Shown here: positions 19,921 through 29,210 of the stretch, in pieces
How positions within the stretch are numbered: the stretch's first letter is position 1
How the letters are laid out: each line of letters opens with the position of its first letter
NCBI GenBank assembly: GCA_035478495.1
Contig: DATIJP010000064.1
Location: 5,385 to 69,384, forward strand
Length of the DNA: 64,000 bases
DNA from: Rhabdochlamydiaceae bacterium
Lineage (GTDB): Bacteria > Chlamydiota > Chlamydiia > Chlamydiales > Rhabdochlamydiaceae
Reading direction: 5' to 3'
Program-made: the position numbers and the translations under genes
The notes under the pieces: generated by a model
Seen by the model: the letters and a program-made list of their open reading frames with translations, nothing else
Databases searched by the model: none
What the model was told of the DNA's origin: nothing

Positions 19921-20079
19921 GAATCTATCCCAATATTCCAAAACTTTGATTTTTGAAAATTTTTTTCACAGATTTTAGTCTCGCTTCGCAGCACATACTT
20001 AGACAAGTAGAGCAAGAAGCGAGACTAAAAGGTGTGGAAAAAAAGGCAAAAAGCATGTTTTTGAAATATTGGGATAGGT

Positions 20080-23031
20080 TCATAAGCTCCTTTTTGCAAA
20101 AGGTTTTTGCCAAGCCTCTTTTAATGTATGAAGCTGCAATTGGATAGTAGGTTCCTGATTTTTTCCCAAAACGGTAAAGGCCTGGTCCTTCCGCACCTTT
20201 CCAATGCAGGAAAGCTCTTCTTTGTTAAAAAGCGACTCAAAATTTGTCACATGGCGAGAGGGTAAAGTCACAATTAATCTGCTGCTTGATTCAGAAAAAA
20301 GAATTTCGGCATCGGATAAGACTCCTTCAACCGGTACTTGACTAAGAGAAATTTCCATTCCAAGTCCGCCACTGAAAGCGGATTCTGCAAGAGCTACCGC
20401 TAATCCGCCGTCAGAACAATCGTGACAAGAAGTAATCATGCCAGCACGAATAGCCCGATGCAGAGCAAGATAGTTTTGCCTAGCCCTATTTGCATTTACA
20501 CTTGGCGCATCTCCCCCTTCAATCTTTTTCATAGCATAGAACTCAGAAGCAAAAAGCTCGTTTTTTGTCATTCCAATGATATAGATTAGATCATCTGCCA
20601 TCTTAACATCCATGGAAATAGCGTTATCGATCGAATCGATCTTTCCGAGTGCAGAAATCAGCAATGTTGGAGGGACTGAAATTTTAATATTGCCGATACA
20701 ATAGTCATTTTTCATGCTATCTTTACCCGATATGATCGGTGTTTTAAACGCCTTGGCATAATGGTAAAGAGCTTTGTTAGCACGAACAAGCTGCGCAAGT
20801 TTAAAAGCTCCATCGGGATTATGAATGGGATTTTCTACGGGATCAGGCCACGAAAAATTATCGAGGATGGCTATCCTTGAAGGATCTGCACCCACAGCAA
20901 CACAATTGCGGATCGCCTCATCAATTGCGACAGCTGTCATGTCGTAAGTATCTTTATCGCTATATTTGGGGCAAATCCCATGGCCAATGACAAGGGCTTC
21001 TTTGCTTGCAAGAAGCTCAAGCGGCTTTAAAATAGCTGCATCGCTTGGACCATCGTGATAAAGCCCTGTAAATGGTTTTAAACAGGTAGCTCCCTGAACT
21101 TCATGATCAAATTGTCGCACCCAATATTCTTTGCTGCACACATTATATCTGCTAAGAATATCTAGCAGCTCTTTCTCGTAGGAAGAGGTAGGAGTGATTT
21201 TTGGAAGCGCATCTTTTTTTGGGGCCCATTCTGCTTTTAAATTCAGTTGCGGCACCCCCTCATGCAGAAAATCAAGATGCAGCAAAGCCACTGTTTTTCC
21301 CTTAAAGAGAACATGAAAATTGCCAGACGCTACGAAGTTGCCGATGGTTACAAGTTCTACTTCGTGAAGATGTGCAAGGGCATAAAGTTCTTGAACTTTG
21401 TCACTGGATACCGCGAGTGTCATACGCTCTTGCGATTCGCTAAGTAAAATTTCCCAAGGAGATAGATTGGCTTGTTTTAAAAGGACCCGATCTAGTTCAA
21501 TTTCACATCCTCCGCAAAATCTTGCCATTTCTCCGACCGACGAGGAGAGTCCTCCCGCTCCATTATCTGTGATCGCGTTATAGAGCTTAAGATCGCGCGC
21601 CTGCAAAAGAAAATCTTGCAGTTTTTTTTGAGTAAAAGGATCTCCAATCTGAACAGCTGTGGTTGGACTTGATTCCGTCAGCCCTTCTGAGGAAAAGGTA
21701 GCGCCATGAATGCCATCTTTTCCTGTTCTTCCGCCTGCAATGATGATCAAATTACCAGGGTAAATCTTCTTTTCATGCGTCTTCTCTCCTTGAATTGCGC
21801 AAGGCATAATGCCGATTGAACCGCAATAGACAAGTGGCTTTCCCAAATATCTATCATCGAATGTAATCGATCCATTGACTGTGGGAATCCCAGACTTATT
21901 GCCGGCATGTTCTATGCCGCGGCAGACTCCTTCAAGGATTCTTTTAGGATGGAGAAGTTTTTGTGGAATTTTTGCAGAAAAATCAGGAGGTGCAAAACAG
22001 AGAATGTCCGTATTAGCGATCAGGCGCGCACCTAAACCCGCACCTAAGATATCTCTATTCACTCCAAGGACCCCTGTGAGGGCGCCTCCGTAGGGATCGA
22101 GGGCGGAAGGGCTATTATGAGTCTCTACTTTAAATGCAAGATTCCATGACTCATTAAAACGGATAATTCCTGCGTTATCTTTAAAAATAGAAACGAGCCA
22201 ATCAATTTCCTCGGATAGTTCTTCGGTAGCTTTCACGATATAAGTGTGAAATAAACTATCAATTTCTTCCTCGTTTCCGTTTTCTTTATAGCTTATCTTT
22301 GCATTGAAAATTTTATGTTTGCAATGTTCGCTCCATGTCTGAGCAATCGCCTCAAGCTCTACATCAGTTGGATCCAATGAAAGAGAGGCTAAGGAGCGAC
22401 TTTCCTTAATCTCAGGACGATCAAAATATTTTTTTATCTCTTTCATCTCTTGAAGAGTTAGAGCCAAATGGCGCCGCTGGCTGAGCTCAATAAGCTCCTC
22501 ATCGCTTAAAACGAGAGAAATCGTCTCAATTTTATCAGAATGCATGGAAAAAATGAGCACATCCTCGATTAAGGGATTCGCTAATAATTGGAGCGCAATT
22601 TTTTCGATCTGATCTTTAGAAAGAGTGCCTGAAAAGAGATATTTCCATCCTGAATAGATCTCTTCATGCGTTTCAAAAGGAGCTTTTAAAAAATCCTCAA
22701 TAGTCGTCCGCGCCGTTTTCCCAGCTGTGTCAGTCACTCCTGGTTTAAATTGCACTTCCACTGCCCAATCTGCTTGCAAGGGAAGCTTTTTTTCTGCGCC
22801 TATTTCAAGGATTGGGTCCAAAAGAAGATGCGTTGTTAGAGCATGGACTTGTGAAGATGTTAGTTTTTTGTGGATCTGATAGAAACGGACAATTTGAAGT
22901 TTTTCTACAGGAATTTTAAAAAACTCGCGAATAGAGTGCAGTAAGTGGTGGGCTTTTGGGTCAGTATGCTCCTCTCGCATACAAATCTCGACCCGATGAG
23001 GGATGAGCGCATTTCTTAAAATTACATCCAT
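20080..23031 (-). CDS. purL: FGAM synthase subunit PurL with two fused N-terminal PurS-like modules (PurS-PurS-PurL)
   Basis: 983 aa. From QTWSEHCKHKIF onward it is a small-type PurL. The ~230-aa N-terminal extension contains two PurS-like repeats. The second reads VEVQFKPGVTDTAGKT...QLLANPLIEDV (compare PurS V.LK.GVLDPQG...LLANPVIEDY). Confidence 0.85.
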   Translation of the reverse strand: MDVILRNALIPHRVEICMREEHTDPKAHHLLHSIREFFKIPVEKLQIVRFYQIHKKLTSSQVHALTTHLLLDPILEIGAEKKLPLQADWAVEVQFKPGVTDTAGKTARTTIEDFLKAPFETHEEIYSGWKYLFSGTLSKDQIEKIALQLLANPLIEDVLIFSMHSDKIETISLVLSDEELIELSQRRHLALTLQEMKEIKKYFDRPEIKESRSLASLSLDPTDVELEAIAQTWSEHCKHKIFNAKISYKENGNEEEIDSLFHTYIVKATEELSEEIDWLVSIFKDNAGIIRFNESWNLAFKVETHNSPSALDPYGGALTGVLGVNRDILGAGLGARLIANTDILCFAPPDFSAKIPQKLLHPKRILEGVCRGIEHAGNKSGIPTVNGSITFDDRYLGKPLVYCGSIGIMPCAIQGEKTHEKKIYPGNLIIIAGGRTGKDGIHGATFSSEGLTESSPTTAVQIGDPFTQKKLQDFLLQARDLKLYNAITDNGAGGLSSSVGEMARFCGGCEIELDRVLLKQANLSPWEILLSESQERMTLAVSSDKVQELYALAHLHEVELVTIGNFVASGNFHVLFKGKTVALLHLDFLHEGVPQLNLKAEWAPKKDALPKITPTSSYEKELLDILSRYNVCSKEYWVRQFDHEVQGATCLKPFTGLYHDGPSDAAILKPLELLASKEALVIGHGICPKYSDKDTYDMTAVAIDEAIRNCVAVGADPSRIAILDNFSWPDPVENPIHNPDGAFKLAQLVRANKALYHYAKAFKTPIISGKDSMKNDYCIGNIKISVPPTLLISALGKIDSIDNAISMDVKMADDLIYIIGMTKNELFASEFYAMKKIEGGDAPSVNANRARQNYLALHRAIRAGMITSCHDCSDGGLAVALAESAFSGGLGMEISLSQVPVEGVLSDAEILFSESSSRLIVTLPSRHVTNFESLFNKEELSCIGKVRKDQAFTVLGKNQEPTIQLQLHTLKEAWQKPFAKRSL

Positions 23032-23990
23032 TCTACACCTACATCTGCATTTCTTATCTCACCGATCACGATGCAATCCTTTCGACTTGCAACAAGCTTA
23101 TGTGCATCGCCCTCTTCCAATGCTGCCACCATTCCGATCCCCATATTAAACACGCGGTACATCTCATCTTCTGCAATATCTCCCCTCTCTTGAAGCCATT
23201 TAAAAATAGGAGGAACTTCCCAGTTGTTTTTACAGATATAAGCTCTTTTCCCTTCAGGAAGAAATCGGGGAACATTTTCCAAAAGACCGCCTCCTGTAAT
23301 ATGGGCCAGCCCTTTAATTTTGAAATTTTTAAGAATATCGAAAATGGTTTTCACATAAATACGTGTAGGGGTCAGCAGGATTTCTCCGATTGTTTTATCG
23401 CTTTGAGGAATCTTTTCCAAAAGGCTTGTTTGGGAATCTTTTAATATTTTCCTTACAAGAGAAAAGCCGTTGCTATGAACACCAGTTGAGACAATGCCAA
23501 CAAGCAAATCTTTCTCTTGAATTTCTTTGCCATCAATGAGCTTTTTTTTAGGGAGGATCCCTACTGCAAACCCTGCCATATCATATTCTTTTTCTTGATA
23601 GAAACCGGGCATTTCAGCGGTTTCTCCGCCTAAAAGAATGCATTCTGCTTCTTTACATCCTTCAATGATTCCGTGAAGAATTGTTTCCGCTTGATCGACA
23701 TCTATTCTCGAGCTTGCCAAATAATCTAAAAGAAAAAGGGGCCTTGCGCCGGTTGTGATCACATCGTTTACACACATCGCAACAAGATCGATTCCGATGG
23801 TCTCATGTTGATTCATTTCAAATGCCAGTTTCAGCTTTGTTCCGACACCATCACAGCTGGCAACTAGATATTGGTCGCCATAAGGATAAAGTCCACTGAA
23901 CCCTCCGATCTCCGGACAGAGATTTTTTAAACGTTCAACGAAGTGATTCCCACGATCGATATCCACACCTGATTTGGCATAACTGCCCAT
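23022..23990 (-). CDS. purM: Phosphoribosylformylglycinamidine cyclo-ligase (AIR synthetase)
   Basis: 322 aa with YAKSGVDIDRGN, CDGVGTKL and HITGGG. An AAGAGGA SD is present. It overlaps the purL start by 10 nt. Confidence 0.9.
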   Translation of the reverse strand: MGSYAKSGVDIDRGNHFVERLKNLCPEIGGFSGLYPYGDQYLVASCDGVGTKLKLAFEMNQHETIGIDLVAMCVNDVITTGARPLFLLDYLASSRIDVDQAETILHGIIEGCKEAECILLGGETAEMPGFYQEKEYDMAGFAVGILPKKKLIDGKEIQEKDLLVGIVSTGVHSNGFSLVRKILKDSQTSLLEKIPQSDKTIGEILLTPTRIYVKTIFDILKNFKIKGLAHITGGGLLENVPRFLPEGKRAYICKNNWEVPPIFKWLQERGDIAEDEMYRVFNMGIGMVAALEEGDAHKLVASRKDCIVIGEIRNADVGVEWM

Positions 23991-24020
23991 AGAAATTCCT
24001 CTTAGTTTTAATAAAATTTT

Positions 24021-25418
24021 TTATTCAAAAATAACGCTATTTTTAATCTCTTCGAGAAATTCGCTTACCTGCTGCGGCGCTCTTCCCACAAGGCGCTCTT
24101 TAGAAGAAAGCATTTGGATCTCTTCTAGAGTAAGCGGCAGGGAACTATTTTCTGCGATTCTAGAAAGTAGATCACTTTTTTCATCTCGATTCCCTTTTTC
24201 CCTGTCCTGCTGAGAAAGAGTTCTTAATGTTTCATGCACCTCTTGCCGGCTTGCCCCTTTTTTCGAAAGGGCCATGAGAACAGGTTCGAGGGACATTGAA
24301 GGCATCTCTTCTTCAAGGTGCTTATTAATCACTTCTTGATTCACTTGCAGATTTTCAGTGATGAATAGGAGTGAATCAAGGATGGCGTCCACGCAAAGAA
24401 AAGCTTCTGGAATACAAAAGCGCCTATTCGCAGAGTCATCAAGACTTCTTTCAAGCCATTGAAGAGAAGCTGTGTATTTGGGATTTTCGGAAAGGGCGAT
24501 CAGATAACGAGCAAGGGAGCAAACTTTTTCGCTTTCGATCGGATTGCGCTTATAAGGCATCGCAGTAGATCCCACCTGATTTTTTTTAAAGGGCTCTGCA
24601 ACTTCTTTTAAATGCACTAAGAGCCTTATGTCGGTGGCCATCTTATGAGCTGAGACTCCAATCCCTGAAAGAAGATCAAGGAGTTGAGAATCCTGTTTTC
24701 TAGTGTAAGTTTGACCAGAAATAGAAAAAACACGATTAAACCCTAATCGCTCTGCAAGCAATTGATCCAGCTCTTTGACCTTTTCATGGTCCCCATTAAA
24801 AAGCTCAAGAAACGAAGCTTGGGTCCCTGTTGCTCCTTTAACTCCTAAAAAACAAAAATTATCCTTTCGATAGTTAAGATCTTTCCAATCCAGCCAAAAA
24901 TCTTGAAGCCAAAGACAAAATCTTTTTCCCACTGTTGTAGGCTGTGCTGGCTGAAAATGGGTATAGCTTAAACAGGCAAGATTGCGATAAAAATCTGCTT
25001 TTTCTAAAAGCGCCTTCATCAGCCGTTTTAATTTTGTTTCAATGAGTTCAAGCGCTTCATGGATCAAAATCATTTCAGCATTATCTGTTACAAGACAAGA
25101 AGTTGCCCCCAGATGAATAATCCCAGCAGCTTCAGGACATTCATCGCCATAAGCTCTGATATGCGCCATGACATCATGTCTGAGTTCTTTTTCATAGTTT
25201 TCCGCTTTTACAAGATCGATGGAGTCAATCTTTTCTTTTAAAAGATCAATTTGTTTTTGCGTAATGGAAAGGCCTAAAAGCATTTCAGCCTCTGCTAATG
25301 CAACCCAAATTTTTCTCCAAGTAGAGAACTTTTTTTGCGCAGAAAAAAGAGTGCGCATTTCACAGCTGCCATATCTTCTAGAAAAAGGAGATTCATAATG
25401 ATCTTCTTTACAGTTCAT
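24021..25418 (-). CDS. purB: Adenylosuccinate lyase
   Basis: 465 aa with SPFSRRYGSCEM, GATSCLVTDNA and the fumarate-lyase signature GSTAMPYKRNP. Its ATG overlaps the purF stop (ATGA). Confidence 0.9.
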   Translation of the reverse strand: MNCKEDHYESPFSRRYGSCEMRTLFSAQKKFSTWRKIWVALAEAEMLLGLSITQKQIDLLKEKIDSIDLVKAENYEKELRHDVMAHIRAYGDECPEAAGIIHLGATSCLVTDNAEMILIHEALELIETKLKRLMKALLEKADFYRNLACLSYTHFQPAQPTTVGKRFCLWLQDFWLDWKDLNYRKDNFCFLGVKGATGTQASFLELFNGDHEKVKELDQLLAERLGFNRVFSISGQTYTRKQDSQLLDLLSGIGVSAHKMATDIRLLVHLKEVAEPFKKNQVGSTAMPYKRNPIESEKVCSLARYLIALSENPKYTASLQWLERSLDDSANRRFCIPEAFLCVDAILDSLLFITENLQVNQEVINKHLEEEMPSMSLEPVLMALSKKGASRQEVHETLRTLSQQDREKGNRDEKSDLLSRIAENSSLPLTLEEIQMLSSKERLVGRAPQQVSEFLEEIKNSVIFE

Positions 25419-26827
25419 AATCTGCTCTCGACTAAACGAAGTTCGGTTAATTCATTCGCATCTTGAATGCATGTGGGATAGTTACCCGTTAAACAGGCTG
25501 TACAGAGATCAGGGAGTCCCACACTCTCTTTAAAATCCTCAACGCTATTATAAACAAGTCCATCGATATCAAGTGCTTTAGAAATTTCTTCAAGACTTTT
25601 TCCCCATGCGATGAGCTCCTCTTGACTTGGAAAATCAATTCCATAGTAACAAGGATAAAGCACTTGAGGATAAGTAGAAGCAAAAAAGATCTTTTTCGCT
25701 CCTGCTTTTCTCGCTAAATAGACAGCTTGTTTGGAAACTGTCCCTCTTACAATGCTATCGTCCACCAGAAGAATCTTCTTATCTTTAAATACGGAATTGA
25801 CAGTAGAAAGTTTCGATATAACTGCCTTTTTTCGACTATCTTGTGTAGGCATAATGAATGTTCTTCCCACATTATCTTGTTTTAAAAACCCTTCTTCTAA
25901 AGGGATATTTAAATCCCTGGCTAATCCTAAAGCTGAAGGTCTTGCCGTATCAGGAATAGGAATGACCACATCTATTTTAAATCCAGCCTTTTTAACATTT
26001 CTAGCCAAAGATTGACCCAATCGAAATCGAATTTGATAGACATCGGTCCCTTCGATCATTGCATTAGGTTTACAAAAATAGTTAAACTCAAAACTACAGT
26101 GGCTATGTTTTTGCTCATTTAAGTCAGCTTGATGGAGCCGATAGTCTTGATCGATAAAGAGTAGTTGACCAGGTTTAACATCGCAAATATTTTGTACATC
26201 TAATTGAACTAATGGACCTGCCTCGGACGAGAAAAAATGCGCTTTTCCCTTCTGTTTTGTTCCATATAAAAAGGGTCTAAATCCAAAAGAGTCTCGAAAA
26301 GCAAAAAGCCCAAAGCCCTCAATAATTCCCAGAATTGAATAGGCGCCTACAACGCGGGAGTGGACCTCTTCCACAGCCCTAGAAAGAGAATCAAATGACA
26401 TTTCTTCTTGCAAATGAGAAAAAAGTATTTTCAAAATGACTTCTGTGTCCGATGTGGTTTCAAAATCAGCTCCTTCTGCCATTAATTCCCGTTTTAGAGA
26501 AATATAGTTGGTGATATTTCCGTTGTGAACAATAGAGAGGGTGAGCTTGTTTTTACTGATGACTAGAGGCTGTACCTCTTGAATACTATTCTTCCCGGCT
26601 GTTGCATAACGTAAATGACCGATGCCCCATGAACCTTCTGGAAGAGGCTGGAAAGAAAAAACCTGATGAACAAGGCCACGATTTTTCAGTAGGGTCGATT
26701 TTTTTTTAGATGCATCATAGATAAAAATCCCTGCCCCGTTCTGACCCCGATGTTGCAAGAGATTTAATCCTTGCAAAAGATTTTCGGCAGCTCTTTCTTT
26801 TCCTATGATTCCAAAAATACCGCACAT
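25415..26827 (-). CDS. purF: Amidophosphoribosyltransferase
   Basis: 470 aa with the Ntn N-terminus MCGIFGIIG and the PRPP loop ILLVDDSIVRGT. Confidence 0.9.
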   Translation of the reverse strand: MCGIFGIIGKERAAENLLQGLNLLQHRGQNGAGIFIYDASKKKSTLLKNRGLVHQVFSFQPLPEGSWGIGHLRYATAGKNSIQEVQPLVISKNKLTLSIVHNGNITNYISLKRELMAEGADFETTSDTEVILKILFSHLQEEMSFDSLSRAVEEVHSRVVGAYSILGIIEGFGLFAFRDSFGFRPFLYGTKQKGKAHFFSSEAGPLVQLDVQNICDVKPGQLLFIDQDYRLHQADLNEQKHSHCSFEFNYFCKPNAMIEGTDVYQIRFRLGQSLARNVKKAGFKIDVVIPIPDTARPSALGLARDLNIPLEEGFLKQDNVGRTFIMPTQDSRKKAVISKLSTVNSVFKDKKILLVDDSIVRGTVSKQAVYLARKAGAKKIFFASTYPQVLYPCYYGIDFPSQEELIAWGKSLEEISKALDIDGLVYNSVEDFKESVGLPDLCTACLTGNYPTCIQDANELTELRLVESRL

Positions 26828-26897
26828 GTGGTGATGATGCCTAAAAAAGAAAAAAGCATTGTGTCAAAATTTTTTCTTTCAGATCAAGACATTTCTT

Positions 26898-27410
26898 TTA
26901 AATCGGATCGATGTAGAGCTTTTGAATCCAGTAGTGAGTTCCTGCATTCAAAAGACGGATAATAATTTTATTTTCCCCTTCATTGAGCTGAATAGGAAAA
27001 TAATCCTCGCGCCAGCCATTGACTGCTGGAAAGAATCGCCGTGCTATGATCTTACCATTCACCTTAATTGAAATCGGAGAATTTCCTGGCAGAGATGAAA
27101 GGTGGCTTAAAATAAGGTTCCAACTTTTTTCCGCTTCTTCTTTTGTTAAAACAGGTTTTATTTCGAGATAACTATGATAAGGAATCGCCATCATCCAATT
27201 CCAGGGATAATAGCGATTAAACCATACTCCTGGTCCCGTTTCCGCAGAGATATTTCCCGCTTCAGAAGTGATCACATCATTAGCAAAGTTCAAGTGGAAT
27301 GCATGCGGAAGTTCCCAATGCGGAACTGGTGCCGTAGCAACCATCTCTACAGCTGGCTTTTCTACGGCACTCATATCGATCGTGTTCAATGCAAGCAATA
27401 ATTCAAACAT
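26898..27410 (-). CDS. Hypothetical 170-aa protein, first gene of the purine operon
   Basis: ATG start with an AGGAG SD 5 nt upstream. It lies 70 nt upstream of purF on the same strand. I recognise no family motif. The C-terminal part (SIKVNGKII...QLNEGENKIIIRLLN) looks like a beta-sandwich. Confidence 0.5.
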   Translation of the reverse strand: MFELLLALNTIDMSAVEKPAVEMVATAPVPHWELPHAFHLNFANDVITSEAGNISAETGPGVWFNRYYPWNWMMAIPYHSYLEIKPVLTKEEAEKSWNLILSHLSSLPGNSPISIKVNGKIIARRFFPAVNGWREDYFPIQLNEGENKIIIRLLNAGTHYWIQKLYIDPI

Positions 27411-27487
27411 AAAAACTCCTATTATTCATTATTTGCGGCGAAAATTGTACTAACTCAAAAACATAAACTCAATTATTCTATGATAAA

Positions 27488-28663
27488 ATGCAGCAAAGAC
27501 CATCCTTTTTCATTTTGCTATTTCTTGTTTCTTTTGCGTCAGTTGGAGCAGTTCTTTTTACACCTGCGCTGCCTTCCATTGCCTCTTTTTTTCAAGTCTC
27601 TGCTGGCAAAGTACAATTGACAATGACTTCATTTCTTCTTGGCTATGCATTTGGACAGCTTCCTTACGGTCCCTTAGCAAATCGATTTGGAAGAAAAGTC
27701 ACTTTATATATCGGCATCTCTTTAGCCATTTTGGGCAGTTTGCTCTGTGCATTTTCATCACCGCTTGATTCATTTGAATTATTGGTTTTTGCGCGATTTC
27801 TACAAGCCTTAGGCGCCTCTGTCGGCCTAAAGGTTAGTTTCACGATGATTGCCGATGTTTATAGCCAAACAGAGGCAACAAAAATGCTCTCTGGCATGAT
27901 GATTGCATTTGCTGTGATGCCTGGGATCGCGATAGCCATTGGCGGATGGTTGACCCAATTATTTAATTGGGAAAGCTGTTTTTATTTCCTAGTTCTCTTC
28001 GGAATATTTATTTTGTGGATTTCTACCAAATTGCCAGAGACAGCAAAATCCTTAGATCATCATGCGTTAAATATAAGTTCAATCACTGCCGGCTACGCAG
28101 AAGCATTTAAAAACAAACTTCTTGTCATTAGCGGATTAATCATGGGTTGCTGTACAGCAACCATCTATGTCTTTGCCTCGAAAGCACCTTTCATCGGTAT
28201 TAGTTTAATTGGACTCTCTCCCGATGTTTTTGGAAATTACAACTTAATCCCCCCTGTAGGAATGCTTTTAGGCGCGCTTGTATCGGCTAAGATCGTAGGG
28301 AAATTCTCTTTACTGAGGATTCTTTTTGCAGCAGCTGCGACTTCTCTTATAGTGGCTTTTACGATGCTTATTCCATTTTTAGTGGGAAAAATCAATCCTA
28401 CCGTCTTGTTTTTCCCTATGCTTCTGATCTATTTTGCCCAAGCGTTAATTCTCGCCAATGCCTCATCTTATGGACTAGCAAATGCAAAAAATAAATCAAA
28501 CGGCTCAGCAGTTATGAATTTCGTCAATTTAAGCACCTCTGTCGCGGCTGTACTCCTCTTAGAATTCATTTATCCAGAATCCGCCATTCTGATGCCGTTA
28601 AGTTTTATGATTTTCTCCTTTATTGCGCTTTTGTTGTGGTTCAAGCTTAAAAAAGCTCTTTAA
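27488..28663 (+). CDS. MFS transporter (Bcr/CflA drug-efflux-like, 12 TM)
   Basis: 391 aa with about 12 hydrophobic segments and the MFS loop motif GPLANRFGRK between TM2 and TM3. Confidence 0.8.
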   Translation: MQQRPSFFILLFLVSFASVGAVLFTPALPSIASFFQVSAGKVQLTMTSFLLGYAFGQLPYGPLANRFGRKVTLYIGISLAILGSLLCAFSSPLDSFELLVFARFLQALGASVGLKVSFTMIADVYSQTEATKMLSGMMIAFAVMPGIAIAIGGWLTQLFNWESCFYFLVLFGIFILWISTKLPETAKSLDHHALNISSITAGYAEAFKNKLLVISGLIMGCCTATIYVFASKAPFIGISLIGLSPDVFGNYNLIPPVGMLLGALVSAKIVGKFSLLRILFAAAATSLIVAFTMLIPFLVGKINPTVLFFPMLLIYFAQALILANASSYGLANAKNKSNGSAVMNFVNLSTSVAAVLLLEFIYPESAILMPLSFMIFSFIALLLWFKLKKAL

Positions 28664-28911
28664 ATAAATACCTAATTATTGTATAATTTAATTATTCTTT
28701 AGTTAATGTGACTGAAGAAGGGAGAAAATTATGAAAAATAACAACTTTGCAATTAAGCTTTTAAGTTCCCTTGCCTCTGTGCATTCTTTCCATCATCATC
28801 AGTAAATCACTGATTTCTAATTAATTAACTTTTTTATTTTGAGTTTTTTGGTCACAAATGTGTGTGCAAGTCAACTCTATTTTTAAATAAATTTTTATAT
28901 AGGAGATTTTT

Positions 28912-29169
28912 ATGTCTTACATTTCGATGGATATTATGGAAGCCAAGGTATGCCCTTATTTAAAAGGGAAAGAACTTGCCTGTTTGAAAGGGCTAAATAA
29001 GGAATTCAATGAATCCATAAAAAATAACGCAACCTTACAATGGCGCATAGATGAGGTCTCAATTCGAATTTGGGAAGAGAGGCAAGCAGTTGCTTCTCGT
29101 GGTTTTCTTGCCAGAGCTGCTGATATCTCAGCACGTGGCTGGGATATCATGCCACCTGGCTATGATTAA
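28912..29169 (+). CDS. Small hypothetical protein with possible F-box-like N-terminus
   Basis: 85 aa. An AGGAG SD lies 6 nt upstream and a hairpin plus T-run lies downstream, which supports a real gene. DIMEAKVCPYLKGKELACLKGLNKEFNESI loosely fits the F-box pattern (I..kI..yL..keL..l..VnK.f...i). Confidence 0.45.
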   Translation: MSYISMDIMEAKVCPYLKGKELACLKGLNKEFNESIKNNATLQWRIDEVSIRIWEERQAVASRGFLARAADISARGWDIMPPGYD

Positions 29170-29176
29170 TTTTACG

Positions 29177-29208
29177 CCAGCTCGATTTTAAAAAATGAGC
29201 TGGTTTTG
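29177..29208 (+). terminator. Putative rho-independent terminator
   Basis: GCCAGCTC (29177-29184) pairs over 7 bp with GAGCTGG (29198-29204), with a 13-nt loop, followed by TTTT. Confidence 0.45.
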
Positions 29209-29210
29209 AA

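Noticed and set aside
28731-28805. 24-codon ORF (MKNNNFAIKLLSSLASVHSFHHHQ) with a GGGAG SD-like sequence in the MFS / F-box-like spacer
   Set aside because: It is too short to support from sequence alone. The AT-rich spacer easily generates such ORFs. It would need Ribo-seq evidence.
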